Positions 13,349-27,784 are shown, counted from the stretch's first letter. The stretch: 64,000 bases of DNA from Lingula anatina (GCA_051362555.1 CM120644.1:24326534-24390533), one strand, 5' to 3'. Notes: generated by a model from the sequence alone, not told the origin. Made by a program: numbers and translations.

Positions 13349-14162
13349 ATGGCAACAGCAAGGACATACACTGACTCTGACCGATGGAATTTCTGTTGCA
13401 TAAGCATTGTGACTGCAGAACATGCCTTGAAGGTCTTGCAAGATGTTCTTCAGATAGAACTTAAAACAAAGTATCCCAATCTATTTGACCTCAGCATGGG
13501 GTTGTTAAATGGGGTGCTTGGTGACAGAACTGTCGAGACTGTACTGTTTAGATTATCACCAAAGATATTTAATCGCCATCAACGGGAACAGCTGTATCCC
13601 ACTGGAAATCCCTCCACATCAGTAACTGTTGCTGACTTAGACATCACACTGACTGTGCTTTTGTTGAGGAACATTACCTTGTTGAACCCTTGTCCTCGGT
13701 TGAATGCAAGGGACAAACCCTCTGACACAAACACATCAAAAGAAGCCACCATAGGACGAATTAAAATGTATCGTGATATTGTGTATAATCATGTAAACAA
13801 GGCAGCGATCAGCGATGAAGATTTCAAAGCATATTTTTCAAAGCTTAAGTCCAATCTCTTGGTTCTTTTTAGTAGGTTCACAAATGAGGATGATGACGCC
13901 ATATTGTCTGAAACTCTTGATGCTGCGAGAAACCAGAGCATTCTTAAAAAATGGTACTATTATGACAAAGATGTAAAAGTTGAATTGATGCGTCTGAAAT
14001 CAACAATGGAGGAAACCCCAAAACTTGGGTTCCATATAGAACAGGTTCAAAGAAGAAATGAAGACACTGTTCTCAGAGAGGTGAGAAGTGAAACGCAGAG
14101 AACACATGATAAACTTAAGAAAATCGGATTGGCATTAGAACAAAGCGCTCCGATTACAGAAG
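13349..14162 (+). CDS. Exon: DZIP3-type HEPN domain plus helical/coiled segment (copy A)
   Basis: Motifs QLYP...[14 protein letters not shown]...[20 protein letters not shown] typical of HEPN_DZIP3 domains of invertebrate NLR-like proteins. Acceptor TTTCAG at 13313, donor G|GTACGT. Confidence 0.8.
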
Positions 14163-17100
14163 GTACGTATCTTAAACTTTAAGATGTTTGAAATCTTTAC
14201 ACTCAGTAATTCAAATGCCTTTTTGGCTCACGTTTTATTTTCAGGAACGACTGAAGTTCCAACATTTTTTGGATTTAAAGAAGTTTAAAGTAAAATAAAG
14301 GTCATTACTTCAAGTAAAAATTCCTGAAAATATTCTAATGCTCAAGCTTGACCACTCATTGCGCTTTGTTTACAGAAGTTCAGGAAAAACTTCAGGTGAT
14401 TTATGACAATGATCGAGACAGAAGTGAACTTCAGAAAATAACAGGTAATATGTTGTAAAAAAAAACCGAGAACAAGAAAGATGATGCATAAATAGATAAG
14501 GATTATCTTATCTACTTCTGATTGACATTGGTTTACTGTAAAGGACATAACCTGTCACCCCTACCATATAGTATAGTCCACACACCCCTATTAATAATAG
14601 GCACTGCCACTTACCACTTAGCATGAGTAGTTGATTAGACAGACAGCTTAGGTGCAAGCAGTTGAGTTTATGCAGACATCCAAGAAGATAGAAATTTGTC
14701 ATACAAAAAGAGGACAAAAAAAATTATTTGAACCATACACACATAAGTATCGTCACACAAGTTTGTGTAAAGAGACAATAAATCAACCGTATGAGTACAA
14801 ATACAGTCTTCTCTTTTGTATTGGAGTGTCACCCGCCACATTTCAAGTTCAAATAATTTTTTTTTTCTGCGTCACCTGACTGTGTATTCAAGTCAAGTCA
14901 ACAAAGAAGTCAGCTTACGTCACACCTTTACATCACACCAGTATGTCGACAAAGAAGACAAAGGAGTCAACCCCAAAACCTGAAAGTGAGTCCAAACACC
15001 CTGTGAGAGACAGCAGTGCTGCAGAGCAAATAAATGAACTGGAGAAAGCCATAGCCCGTAGTCATGTTAGTAGCAGAAAAACCAAAGTATCAGTCAGCAG
15101 TGAGAAGGCCAGGTTAGCAGCAAGAAGAAAACTCTTAGAAGTAGAGGCAGCAGCACTGAAGGCACAGCAGCAGCTAGAAAAGGAGGAGATGGAAATCAAG
15201 TTAAAGCGGGAATTGGAAGATTTGCAGATGAGACAGAGGAAGGCAAGTTTACGTTTAGAGGCAGACATTTCTATCACAGCAGCAGAAGAGGAAGCATTAG
15301 AGCAAAAGGCACCAAACAGTTTACTCTCTGCACGCCACAGTAACCAGAGTATTAGTGATGACCTCACCAGTGAAAACCTTGCTGAACATGATGCAGTTCA
15401 ACCAAGTTCCCAGAAAGAAGTAAGTGCATGGGTTGAAAGTGTTAAGCCAGAGGAGTGTGTACCTAGTGCCATTCAGATACAGCAGAGATTAATGGACATT
15501 GCACTCTTACCTAAAACAGATATGAGCAGTTTTGATGGCAACCCACTGAAATATTGGTCTTTTATACGTACATTTGATAGTGTGGTAGAAAAAGAAACTA
15601 TTCACTGTGCTTCAAAACTTTTGAGGTTAGTTCAGTATTGTTCTGGAAAAGCAAAGAAAGTTATTGAATGTTGCTTAGCTATGGAGCCAGCCCTGGGGTA
15701 TAAGAGAGCAAGAGACTTGCTGAAGCAGAGGTTTGGAAACTCTTTTATTATATCTGAAGCTTGGATAAAGAAAGTATTCGAAGGGCCGTACATAAAACCC
15801 AATGATAAGATGGCATTAAGAGACTTTTCTGATGATTTACAAGTATGTCTAGAAACTTTGAAGGCAAGTGATCATCTCCAAGAAATCAACACCCAGTCAG
15901 TACCTGTTAGAATAGTAGCAAAGTTACCAGCTTATCTTCAGTCCAGATGGAGGAAGCAGGTCTTAGGGATACGCAGACAGGACAGACAACCCACTATAGA
16001 GGACCTCTCACAGTTTGTCCAGGATGCAGCTGATGAAGCAAATGACCCAGTTTATGGTAACCCCTTTGATCAACAGAAAACAGTTCAGAAAAGCAGGCCA
16101 AACAGAGGTCAAGACAGGAGCTCCAGTTACAGTGCTACAACATCCAGTTTCCAGCCGCAGCAGACCACATCTAGGCCAGAGGCTGATAAGATTTGTCCCC
16201 AGTGCAGTGGCCGTCATTCTCTTTTTGGTTGTGATATATTCAAAGGCATGAAGGTTGAGGATCGCTGCAAATTCGTACGTTCAAACAGGCTGTGTTACAA
16301 TTGTCTTAACCCTGGTCATGTTGCACAGAAATGCGGTTTAAAAAGAGTCTGTTCAGTTCCAAACTGCGGAAAAAGACACACAAAATTTCTCCACATGCCA
16401 ACGCCAGGTTTCCAAAGAGGAGTCGCAACTAACACACCACAGAGCACCTCTAACACAACCCAAGGTAGCAGTGGTTACATAGGTCAAGAATCCCATCCAA
16501 GCAACATGATGAGCCATAGCAGAGTCGTTTTACCCATAGTTCCTGTGACAGTCAGAGGAGTCGACTCGCCAATTGAGGTAACAACATATGCTCTTCTTGA
16601 TAGTGGATCTACCCATTCATTTTGCTCCATCGAACTATGTAGAAGGCTACAGATTAGAAGCACCACCAGCACCACTATGTCATTAACCACACTTGAAAGG
16701 GCCAACAGTAGAGCGGAGACTTCAGTGGTGAGCTTGGAAGTCAAACAAGTTGGAGGAAGTGATAAGGTGTTACTACCACGTGTATTCACCAGAACACAGC
16801 TGCCAATCAACTTAGAACACATGGCAACACCCACAGACATAAGGCAGTGGTCACACCTCAAGGATCTGCAAATACCGCCTGTGGATGTTAAGGATGTTAC
16901 TATGCTAATTGGTCAAGACAATCCTACAGTTCTATTGCCACATGAAGTACGACATGGTTGTTTGAATGAGCCGTATGCAGTAAAAACTATACTGGGATGG
17001 GCGATAAGTGGACCAATGCCAATGGACAACTGCCAAGCCAGGACAAAGGAGCCTAAAGTGACATCAAACTTTCTAACATTAGAAGATCAGGTCGCAAAAT

Positions 17101-20100
17101 TTTGGAAAGTTGAAGACATAGATGATCTTACTGATGAGAAGGCCATGTCATACAACGATAAGAAGACATTAAGCATGTGGGAAGAAACCTTGCAGCAGAA
17201 TGAAGATCGTCATTATGAAGTTTCTATTCCATTCAGAAAAAGACCACCAACATTGTCCAATAATCTTCAGATAGCCCAGCAGCGACTAGGAAATCTGCAG
17301 AAAAAGTTGACAAAAGACCCAGTTTTGAAGCAAAACTATTGTTGCTACATGAAAGATCTGTTAGAATGTGGATATGCAGAGAAAACACCTTTCTCAACTG
17401 AACAAAATGACATGCCTACTTGGTATTTACCTCACCATTCAGTGATAAATCCCAGAAAACCAGAGAAAACAAGAGTTGTATTTGACTGCTCAGCAAAATA
17501 CAAAGGGACTTCCTTGAATGAACAAGTATACCAGGGGCCGGATCTAACTAACAGTCTACTAGGAGTCCTACTTAGATTCAGAGAAGAGCCAGTGGCGATA
17601 ATGGCAGACATACAGTCCATGTTCCATCAAGTAAAAGTTCCCCCCAGTGAGAGAAGTGTGTTGAGTTTTTTATGGTGGCCAAATGGAGACTTGTCTCAAC
17701 CAGCTGTAAACCACAGAATGACAGTACATTTATTTGGTGGTACATGGTGTCCGAGCATTTGTAGTTTCGTCCTCAGACATACAGCTGAAGTGAACCAGAC
17801 TGGTTGTGATGAATCAGTTGTGGAAACAGTCAAGAAGAATTTCTATGTAGACGATTGCCTAAAGACACTACCAGACGTGGAAACTGCAGTGAAGTTTATA
17901 CCCCAGTTATGCGAGTTGCTAGAATCTGGAGGGTTTAAACTAACTAAGTGGATGAGCAACAAACATGAAGTCTTGGAATCTATCCCAGTCCAAGAGAGAG
18001 CCAAAGGTGTTGAAGTCAACCTCAGTCAACAAGCGTTACCTACAGAGAGAGCTCTAGGTGTTTATTGGAATGTTGAAGAGGATGTTTTTTGTTACAAGAT
18101 TGCTCTTAAAGAGAAACCTTTGACGAGAAGAGGTATTTTGAGTATGGTCAGCAGCATATTTGATCCCTTAGGTTTTGCCAGTCCATACATTTTGCAGGCA
18201 AAGAAGATTCTACAAGAGTTAACCAGACAGAAATTGCAGTGGGATGAACCAATACCAGACCAGGAGAGAGAGAAGTGGTTGGAATGGCACAGTAACCTAA
18301 AAAAAGCTCGAAGAAATGAAGATCAATAGATGTGTGAAATTCTCAGTTGACACAGACATAGTTGATCATTCTTTACATTTCTTTTCTGATGCATCAGAAA
18401 CAGCATATGGAACAGAAGCATATCTTCACACCGTCTGCAAAGATAGAGTACATTGTTGTTTATTGATGGCCAAATCAAGACTAGCACCAATCAAGAAAGT
18501 GACAATACCAAGACTAGAGTTAATGGCAGCGACATTATCAGTGAAATTAAACCACGTGATACTCAAGCACATTGACTTCAGAGTTTCAGAGTCTGTTTTT
18601 TGGACAGATAGTGCAACAGTACTCAGATACATAACCAATGAAGACAACCGGTACAAGACCTTCGTCGCCAATCGAGTGGCAGTAATCAGAGAAAGCTCAC
18701 AGCCGAACCAGTGGCACTATGTAAATTCCAAAAGCAACCCAGCAGATGACGTTTCAAGGGGACAAACAGCAGACCAACTTCTCCATAACAAGAGATGGAA
18801 AGAAGGACCAAGTTTCCTACGGAAAAATGAAGAGCAGTGGCCAAGTTTACCAGGTGACACATTACATGCAGACAACGACATGGCTCTGGAAGTTAAAGTC
18901 ACCTCACATGTGACTCAGGCTCAGAGATCAGAAGACACGGCTGTTGACAAGATATTTCATAGGCAGTCTTCGTGGTATAGACTAAAAAGAGATGTAGCTT
19001 GGTGGTTACGTTTCAAAAACTGGCTAAAAGCTCAAGTACATGTCAATGCAAGTTGTGACAGTGGATCACTTACTGTTAATGAGTTACAAAGAGCCAGTAT
19101 TGAAATCATCAAATATGTACAGAGACAAGCATTCAGCGAAGAAATAGCAGCACTCAAGAAATCAGACCCTACCAATGCCAAATTGAGACATAAAAAACTG
19201 CATCGTCTCGACCCTCAGCTGTCAGAAGACGGTGTACTTGTAGTAGGAGGAAGATTGACTCAAGCTCCAATACCACATGACGCCAGACATCAAATGATAT
19301 TACCAAGACATCACATAACTGATTTGCTGATCCGACAGTTCCACATTGATTCAGGTCACTCAGGTAGAGAATATGTTTTATCAATGACAAGGGAACAATT
19401 TTGGATATTAGGAGCAAGAACAGCTATTCGCAGAGTAATTAATGATTGCTTCACATGTAGAAAAAGACATGTAGCACACAGAAGATGGCCGATTTGCCTG
19501 CCAGCAGAGTCACACCTGGAAACCCGCCATTCACATATACGGGAGTCGACTATTTTGGACCATTTCACGTTAAACAAGGCAGAAAACTTGTGAAGCGATA
19601 TGGGTGCATTTTCACTTGTTTAACCATCAGGGCTATTCACATTGAGATAGCACATTCACTGGACACCAGTTCATTCATAAATGCATTACAGAGGTTCATC
19701 AGTCGACGGGGCATGCCCAAGGAGATCAATTCAGATAATGGCACAAACTTCACAGGTGCAGATAGGGAGCTGAAAGAAGCAGTACAGGGATGGAACCAAA
19801 TGAAACTAGGTGAATTTTTCAGACAGAAAGAGATTAAGTGGAACTTTAACCCACCAGCAGCCTCACACATGGGTGGATCATGGGAAAGACAGATCAGGAC
19901 AATTCGTAAAGTATTAAGTGGAGTCATGAGAGAGCAGACCTTAGATGACGAAGGACTCTCTACACTTATGTGCACAGTGGAAAGCATAGTGAACAGTCGA
20001 CCACTAACATATGTCTCAGATGATCCCAGAGATCCAGAACCGCTATCACCCAATCATTTGCTACTTTTGCGTTCAGGCCCAACACTTCCACCTGGTAGAT

Positions 20101-23100
20101 TTCAGAAGGAAGATATGTACAGTCGTAAAAGATGGCGTCACATACAGTACCTTGCTGATTTGTTTTGGAAACGTTGGGTGAGAGAATATTTGCCATTATT
20201 ACAAAGCAGACAAAAGTGGATGACTGTAAAACGTGATTTACAGATTGGTGATGTTGTTTTAATTGCAGACAACAACACTCCAAGAAACATGTGGCAAATT
20301 GCAACAGTCATTAAAACTTTTGAAGGGAGAGATGGACATGTTAGATCTGCAGAAGTACAAACTGTCAACACAACTTTGATGAGGCCCATAACCAAGTTGT
20401 GCTTATTGGAAGAGGTCTCAGAATGCAGAACTGTATGATTTATAGACTAAGAGACTTAAGAGACTGTTTCGTTACTTTTGTTTTATTATGGACAGTTCAG
20501 AGACTATGATAACATATGTTAATTGAATTTCAGTTATTATTCATTTTATGTTAAAGTCAGAGACTGTTATAACAATGGATTTCATTCATGGAAAAGGATA
20601 TTCATGGAGGACATTTAAGAAATGGAAAGTGATCAATGAGGACAATAATTCATGGAGGTTAACATGAAGGACATTTGATTAAGTGACAATAATTAAACAG
20701 TGGACATTGTGTTTAATATTGACATTTAAGGAGTATGGTTAACTTTAGATGTACCATATAACTGATATGTTTATATTATAAAATGTACTTCATACATAGA
20801 ATTAAATTCTGTCCTTTAGAAGTATATTAGGTAAATGTTCAATTTATAATCTCACATTTAAGGGGCCGGTGTAAAGGACATAACCTGTCACCCCTACCAT
20901 ATAGTATAGTCCACACACCCCTATTAATAATAGGCACTGCCACTTACCACTTAGCATGAGTAGTTGATTAGACAGACAGCTTAGGTGCAAGCAGTTGAGT
21001 TTATGCAGACATCCAAGAAGATAGAAATTTGTCATACAAAAAGAGGACAAAAAAATTATTTGAACCATACACACATTAGTATCGTCACACAAGTTTGTGT
21101 AAAGAGACAATAAATCAACCGTATGAGTACAAATACAGTCTTCTCTTTTGTATTGGAGTGTCACCAGCCACATTTACATTACATTTTATTTCATTTCATT
21201 CTCATGCTACGTTTTTGTTGTACATAAATTTAAGAACAATGTAGTTATATTCTTATGAATTGAATATAATACATATCATTATTTTCTTTTTACTAAACAA
21301 TGATGAGAAAATTATCAGTTTGGATATATTTGCAGCTGTTATTGTTTATATTGAAATCTTCCAAAGTACAGTGTTATGTATTTCTATCAAACAGTGCTGT
21401 CAAGTACGCAAGAGGACCCTGCTGTTCCTTCATCCCAACTCTTTAATCCTTCGTCATCAACAGAAAAAGAAATTACTCAGTCTGCAAAGTCTAGTCCTAC
21501 AAGTGCTGATATGGGAACTGTTGCAGGTACATGGACAGTTCATCAGTGCGTGGATGTGTGAAAGATATTCACACTATTCACAGCCATATAGTGACATTTT
21601 TCAAAAGTTCTTTGTTGTCAACATAGTGATAGGAAAGTCACAGTGGGTTTTTTTATACGATATTGATATGATTAGATGCAAGTTATGGATTTTGTTTTAT
21701 GGATTTAAGTGTTGAGATTACAGAATGTATGTAATAAGATATTAAATTAATATTTAAAAATGCCTAAAGTGCAAATTTATGTTTTTGACAAGTGATATCT
21801 GTGTTGAAGTTGTTACGCTTATTTACCTAAACACAGAAAACGTTTTTTTTTTCTTGCAGCCAGCAAACTCCATACAATCAAACCAGACATCCACTATCAG
21901 GTATATTCATATTAATATATTTTAACTCGAAATTTTGATAAAATGATTACACGAATGTTCACCCTGAAACGTAGATAAAACATGTAGTACAAAAACGTAG
22001 ATATTAAAATACTTTAGTACACGTCTGTACCCACTTTCTATGACAAATAACATATTATATGTTTACTTGAGCTTGATTTTTTTTTTTTTTTTTTATGATT
22101 TAATAAAAAAATCCTGATATCAGCTTTAATAGATTTTGGATTTATCTCAATTTTGCAGGCACCTGTAATGAATCTAACACACGAAATCCTTTTGGTACAA
22201 ATGGGTCCCCTGCTGATAAAATATCTACAAGTTGCCGACATTATCCTGGGCATGGTAGACAGGAGAATCCTTAGGGAACGTAATGCAGACAAATTAATGG
22301 CTCACAAAACAAAACAAGATCAAGCCTTTGAATGTCTTCGTATTTTAACAAAACGTGGTCCTACAGCATTTGGAACCACGGTTGAAGTGTTGAGAAAACA
22401 CAAGAAAGAACTTGCAGAAAAAGCGACTGCTTGCAGTAGTAAAAACCCTACAGCAAATGTCAACATCGATCACATGAGCCAGATACAGCGCCTTCCCTGG
22501 GACCCCGACGACACAATGCACATAGACGACGTCTATGTTAACCTGCAGTGGGTACAAGATGAAAGGAAACCTTCAGTTACCAGTTCTGATCCAATCCATA
22601 GCTATACATTAATATTTAAATATGCCAAACAAGGGAAGTCACCAAAGAGAATATTTATAAGAGGAATGGCAGGCACCGGCAAAACCACTTTCACACAGAA
22701 GATGGCAACAGACTGGGCAAACGCCACACTGGGTTTAGGAGAATGTGATGGAGTACTTTCGAAATATAAACATATTTTAATGTTAAATGTACGCAGCAGT
22801 AAGCCTTGCAAAACACTAAAAGGGGCAATTGAATCGCAAATCACCCTTTCTACAGAAAAGAGGAAAGCAGTGACAGATGAAATCATGCAAGCTCTCGACT
22901 TTGACACTGACCATGTTCTACTGGTCTTTGATGGTTATGATGAATATGATATCAACACTTCCAAAGATATCACAGACATCATTTACCGTAAACGATACCA
23001 GGATGTGTGCACCGTCATCACAACACGTCCATGGAAGGCAGGGGAACTGATGAACAGACGAATAATGGACAGTGCGTGTGAAATCACCGTCCATTTAAAG

Positions 23101-24593
23101 AATCTGGAGTCAAAAAAGCGTCACTTTCTTGATTGTCAGAAGAAGTCATGGTCAATAAGGAATAATCTCGTGGGCTACGTGATGGAAAAGAAGTCGATAT
23201 CCTTGGTGAAGACCCCATTACTGCTGCTGGTCAGGAACCTTCGCCATGTGCCAGGGCTGGAACATTTGAGGCTAGACAGTGGATCCATGCAGGGGCCCAG
23301 GGGTACGTGTCCTAGGGGCGAAGATAACACAGAATATGAAGCAGGACTGAGCCAAGGTGTGAATCACACCACAATGCTGCCACACTTCCCATTCACTGGA
23401 AATCAGCTGGTGCAGTACTGTGGTATCAGCCGGCCACTGATTACATTAAATTCTCTCGAAGGTGAAAAGGGTTGGAGTAAATGCTTGTCAGAGAACTTGG
23501 AAAACAAGAACAAGAAGACTTCTTGCCATCATACATACCAGTCAGATTACACATTGCTATCAAAAATGAGTACACAAGAGAACACAGTAACATTTGATCC
23601 TGAATTTGATCGTCATACACTGACGTCATCATTGCAGAATAGAGTTAAGGCATTTTTTAATCAGGACAGAGTGCAACAGAAAGAAGAGATACAATGTACG
23701 AAAGATAAATGCACGAAAGAAAATGCGGACGAGAAAGACGATCCCGATATCTACAGCCAAGTTTTAGCTTTTCTTCACAATGATTTGTTTCGGCATTCAA
23801 CAAGCTTCATTCCAGGAGGGACAAGCATGCTTTTATATCCGGCACATCTTCACGAGTACTTTCGTCAGTCGGCACAAGGCCCACCCTTTCGTAGGGGGGA
23901 AGAATACTGCTATGAAGCAGTTCGACTGTCCACTTTTAAAGACTTGCCCAGTTCGGTCCCGGTACCAGCAACGCGACTTGCACGGTCAGGGTTCCATTAC
24001 ACTGGAAACAGTGATGAGGTAGCATGTTTTAGCTGTGGAGGGAGACTTAAGGAGTGGACCTATGGAGACAATCCATTTGTGCGACATCGCAATTTCTTCC
24101 CAGATTGCCCACTAATGAAAGGGACTGAGACAAAGAATGTTCCCCTGTTCCAAACAGATGATGCTATTTCTAATGGCAACATAGGAGCCAACGAAGATCC
24201 TTTCCCAAACTTAGCAAGATCTACACCGTGTGACCATGTTGACAATGCGTCCTCGCTACTGTCAAGCCAGCAGGCACTATCCAGGTCACTGGGCATTATT
24301 TCTCCAGAGGTCGCCACCCCCCAGATCACTCATGCCGGGGTTGCCAGTGGTGTACGCTCTAACGAGAACACATCTGCCCCCTTAACTCCACCAAATGCAA
24401 CTCATCTGCCTACATGCATCCCTTCATGGATGAGAAATGAGTCTGATCGCCTAGCAACTTTCGTCAGCTGGCCCATTGGAGCAAGTGTCCGACCCAAAGA
24501 CTTGGCAAGAGCTGGTTTCTTCTATCTGGGCACGGAGGACCGGGTACAGTGTGCCTTCTGTGAGGGGGTATTAAAGAACTGGGAACTAGGTAT

Positions 24594-24651
<58 letters not shown>

Positions 24652-24785
24652 CGCTATGAACGTGATTCTATATATCCCTGCCAGTTCTGTGTAAATGGTT
24701 GAAGCAGGAAAATATAATCATAATAATAATAATAATAATAACAATAATACTAATAATTTATTCAGTTTTTCAAGGCCTCCTGTCC

Positions 24786-24827
<42 letters not shown>

Positions 24828-27729
24828 GGGGGGGAGAACAAGATGGCGGTGTGTGATGAGGACTGTGCGTGAGCTCTGAGAAAACCATCGGCAACAGGCA
24901 GAAAGTCTGTATACTTTGCCACCGATTTTTTTTATAAATACACTATGAACTGTGGAAGAAGAAGCTGAGAAAGAGTTTATGAATCAAAGTTTTCTGCGTG
25001 GGTCTTTTTGAAAGTTTTTTCTTTACTCGTTGATCGGGACGCCACGATACGAGGGAGGTGAGTGTTACTAAGAACTTATAAAATATTCAGTTACAAAAGG
25101 ATTGCATCGAACATTCCGGACAGTGAAAGTAACAGATACACCGCGTGCTTAAAATTGCTAAAACTCTGAAACATTTCATATCCTTTAAGTCCTATATCCT
25201 ATAAGTATCCTATAAGTACTTGGTATATATGCTAACGTGGACCTGAACAATTGTCAACGTACTGAACTATGCACTGACATATAAAGTGCTATGAACACAC
25301 CCCATCTTTAGACTGCGAATCCATGCATGGTAAAATTAGGCCAATAATAAGGGCAATAAGCACCTCTCCTATTCTTTTCATCCCCGTATATAGCAGAGAA
25401 CAGTGACTATGAGTACCCGGGGGACAAAGTCAAAATATTTAAGTGCAAATACTAAAGAGTCTAAGCAAACAAAGGGGGCAAAAATGTCCAATAAAAATAG
25501 CAAGGAAGAAATAATAGAACACAATGACTCCCCTGAAATTATGCAGGCACCCAAAAGGCCACATTGTGAAATCTCAAACACCAGCGGTGAACTCTCTTTT
25601 GTCAGCGGTGATGAATCGGTATCCCTCATGACGAAACTGGAGGAGATTGAATATGAAATAAAGCAAACCGTTAAGAAGGAGGACCTTAGTGAAATTATCA
25701 AAACAGTTGTGAGCGAAACAGTCAAAGAAATGAATGCGAAGTTACAGGGCCTGGAAATAAAAATTGATGAAATCAGAGAAAGTAGTAAAATAGAAAATGA
25801 GGAAAATAAAAGGAAAATATGAGTTTTACAAGACAAAGTTGACGGGCTACAGCTGGAGAATCATAATTTGAGACAAACATTACGAGAAAATGACCAACGC
25901 ATCGACAAAATGAACAGAGCAATGAAAGAGGTTGCCAAGGTAGCTTCGTCGGCAATGATAAAAGCCAACCATAACGAACAATACAGCCGAAAGAACAATG
26001 TAAAAATATATGGCATCCCGGAGTCTGAATCGGGCGATCAGACAACTTCTGCCCTAGTAACTAAAACATTAAAAGAGAAGATACAGGAAGAGGTGAAAGG
26101 CGATGATATTGTGGCGGTGCACAGGATTCCCGGCAAACCAGGGGGAACCCAGGCCGATCATCTTAAAGTTAAAAAACACAGAGATAAAATCCCGTATCAT
26201 GCGCAAAAGGGGTGAGCTTAAAAGGTCCCACAGAGCCCTGAGGCTAGCAGACGATGTTACAAGAGAAAATAAGGAACTACTTAAATTGCTGAATGACCAT
26301 CCAGAATGCGAAAGTGCGTGGTATTTCAATGGCAGCATATATGCCAAGATTAACGGCAAGGAAGGCAAGAAAAAATTCGACATCGGGGACGATATTGGGA
26401 CAAAAATTTGCCACTAATGGATTAAAGAGTTAAACTCTATTCTTTTCAAATTCATTTGGCATGGGAAAAATGATAGGGTATCAAGAAAGACAATTATTCA
26501 AGACTTCGAAAACGGGGGCTGTAGAATGGTGCATTTGGAATCATATATTAAAGCCTTAAAATTAACTTGGATTCGCAGATTACTATCGAATACTAACCAA
26601 TATGGAAGGATCTTTACCGAAATTACAAGTTGCGACACGACGTCGCTCTGTCAGTTTGGACCTGTATATGCGAAACAATGCGGGGAAACCACGACAAATT
26701 TATTCTGGAAATAATTATTTTCATATTACTCACAGTATGCTAGCGCAATACAGGAAAATGACCCACAAGATTTTCTGGAAGCTCCATTGTGGTATAATCC
26801 GAATATTTTAATTGAAAACAAGGTCGTATTCTTAAAACCATTATATGAGAAAGGCTTCCAAGTGGTGCTCGACTTGCTTGATTCAAACGGCAACGTGCTT
26901 TCATATAGAGAAATCACGGATGCATACAAAATACGCCTCCCATTTACGAAATATTTTGGCCTACGAAATGCCTTCTATAATGCATTTCCCAATTTAAAAG
27001 GAATAACTGTTACACAGAAAACTTATAACCTGAAAATACCCAAACCGCTTATGATAATATGGAAAAACAAAATGGCTGTAAAGTGATTTATGATACGTTT
27101 ATAAAAAAACTGTACGAAACCCCTAAAAATGAAATAAAATGGGAAAGGTTCTTTAATAAAGCAATAACATGGAATCTTATCTACAATCGTCTCCTGACAG
27201 ATATAAAAGAATCCAAACTCAGATGGTTTAATTTTAGATGTATTCATAGAATTCTAGGGACAAAATACTTAATGTTCAAATATAAAATGGCGGATAATCC
27301 TCATTGCAATTTATGTAGCACAAGGATGGAAACAATTGAACATCTATTCATAGATTGTAATCTCGCAAAAAATTTGTGGAAGCAAATCGCAAACTGGTTT
27401 AGGGAAGAAAAGGGAGCCAATATTCATATTTCTGCATCGGATATTATCCTCGGAAATAATGATGAGAAATTGAATTCATTGATTTCCCAGTTAAAATATT
27501 ACATTTACAGTTAATCAAAAAATGGGGGACATCTGCCCTTTAGGGACATCGAATGCTATCTGTGTTAGAGAAAAAATGCTGTGCTTATCAATATCTTATT
27601 TACTAATGAAAATGATGAGCCATCAGTAGTAGTTATAAGTGTCTGTTTGTGTGTGTGTGAGAGAGAAGTAAGTGTGAGGTAAAAAAAGAATTATTGTATT
27701 CTGTAATTAACATTACCTAAGTTCAATAA

Positions 27730-27784
<55 letters not shown>

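Larger units (their letters stand above)
14537..21172 (+). mobile_element. Full-length BEL/Pao LTR retrotransposon in an intron of copy A
   Basis: LTRs 14537-14840 and 20870-21172 (TG...CA, about 3 differences), TTTAC target duplication, purine tract AAGGGGCCGG before the 3' LTR, gag-pol inside. Confidence 0.97.

Noticed and set aside
14245-14300. Possible extra exon after the HEPN exon
   Set aside because: In-frame TAA before any good donor site.
18290-18330. Programmed frameshift in the BEL polyprotein
   Set aside because: BEL/Pao elements normally have one ORF, and this shift lies between RT and RNase H in an A homopolymer; mutation or sequencing error is more likely.
24590-24702. Poly-Phe C-terminus of the 849-aa ORF
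   Set aside because: Read-through into the intron after the G|GTATGA donor at 24589; BIR2 is completed by the exon at 28460.
22153-24702. Calling the gene NAIP or BIRC2/3/7
   Set aside because: Domain order differs from NAIP and orthology cannot be established by eye, so no symbol is given.
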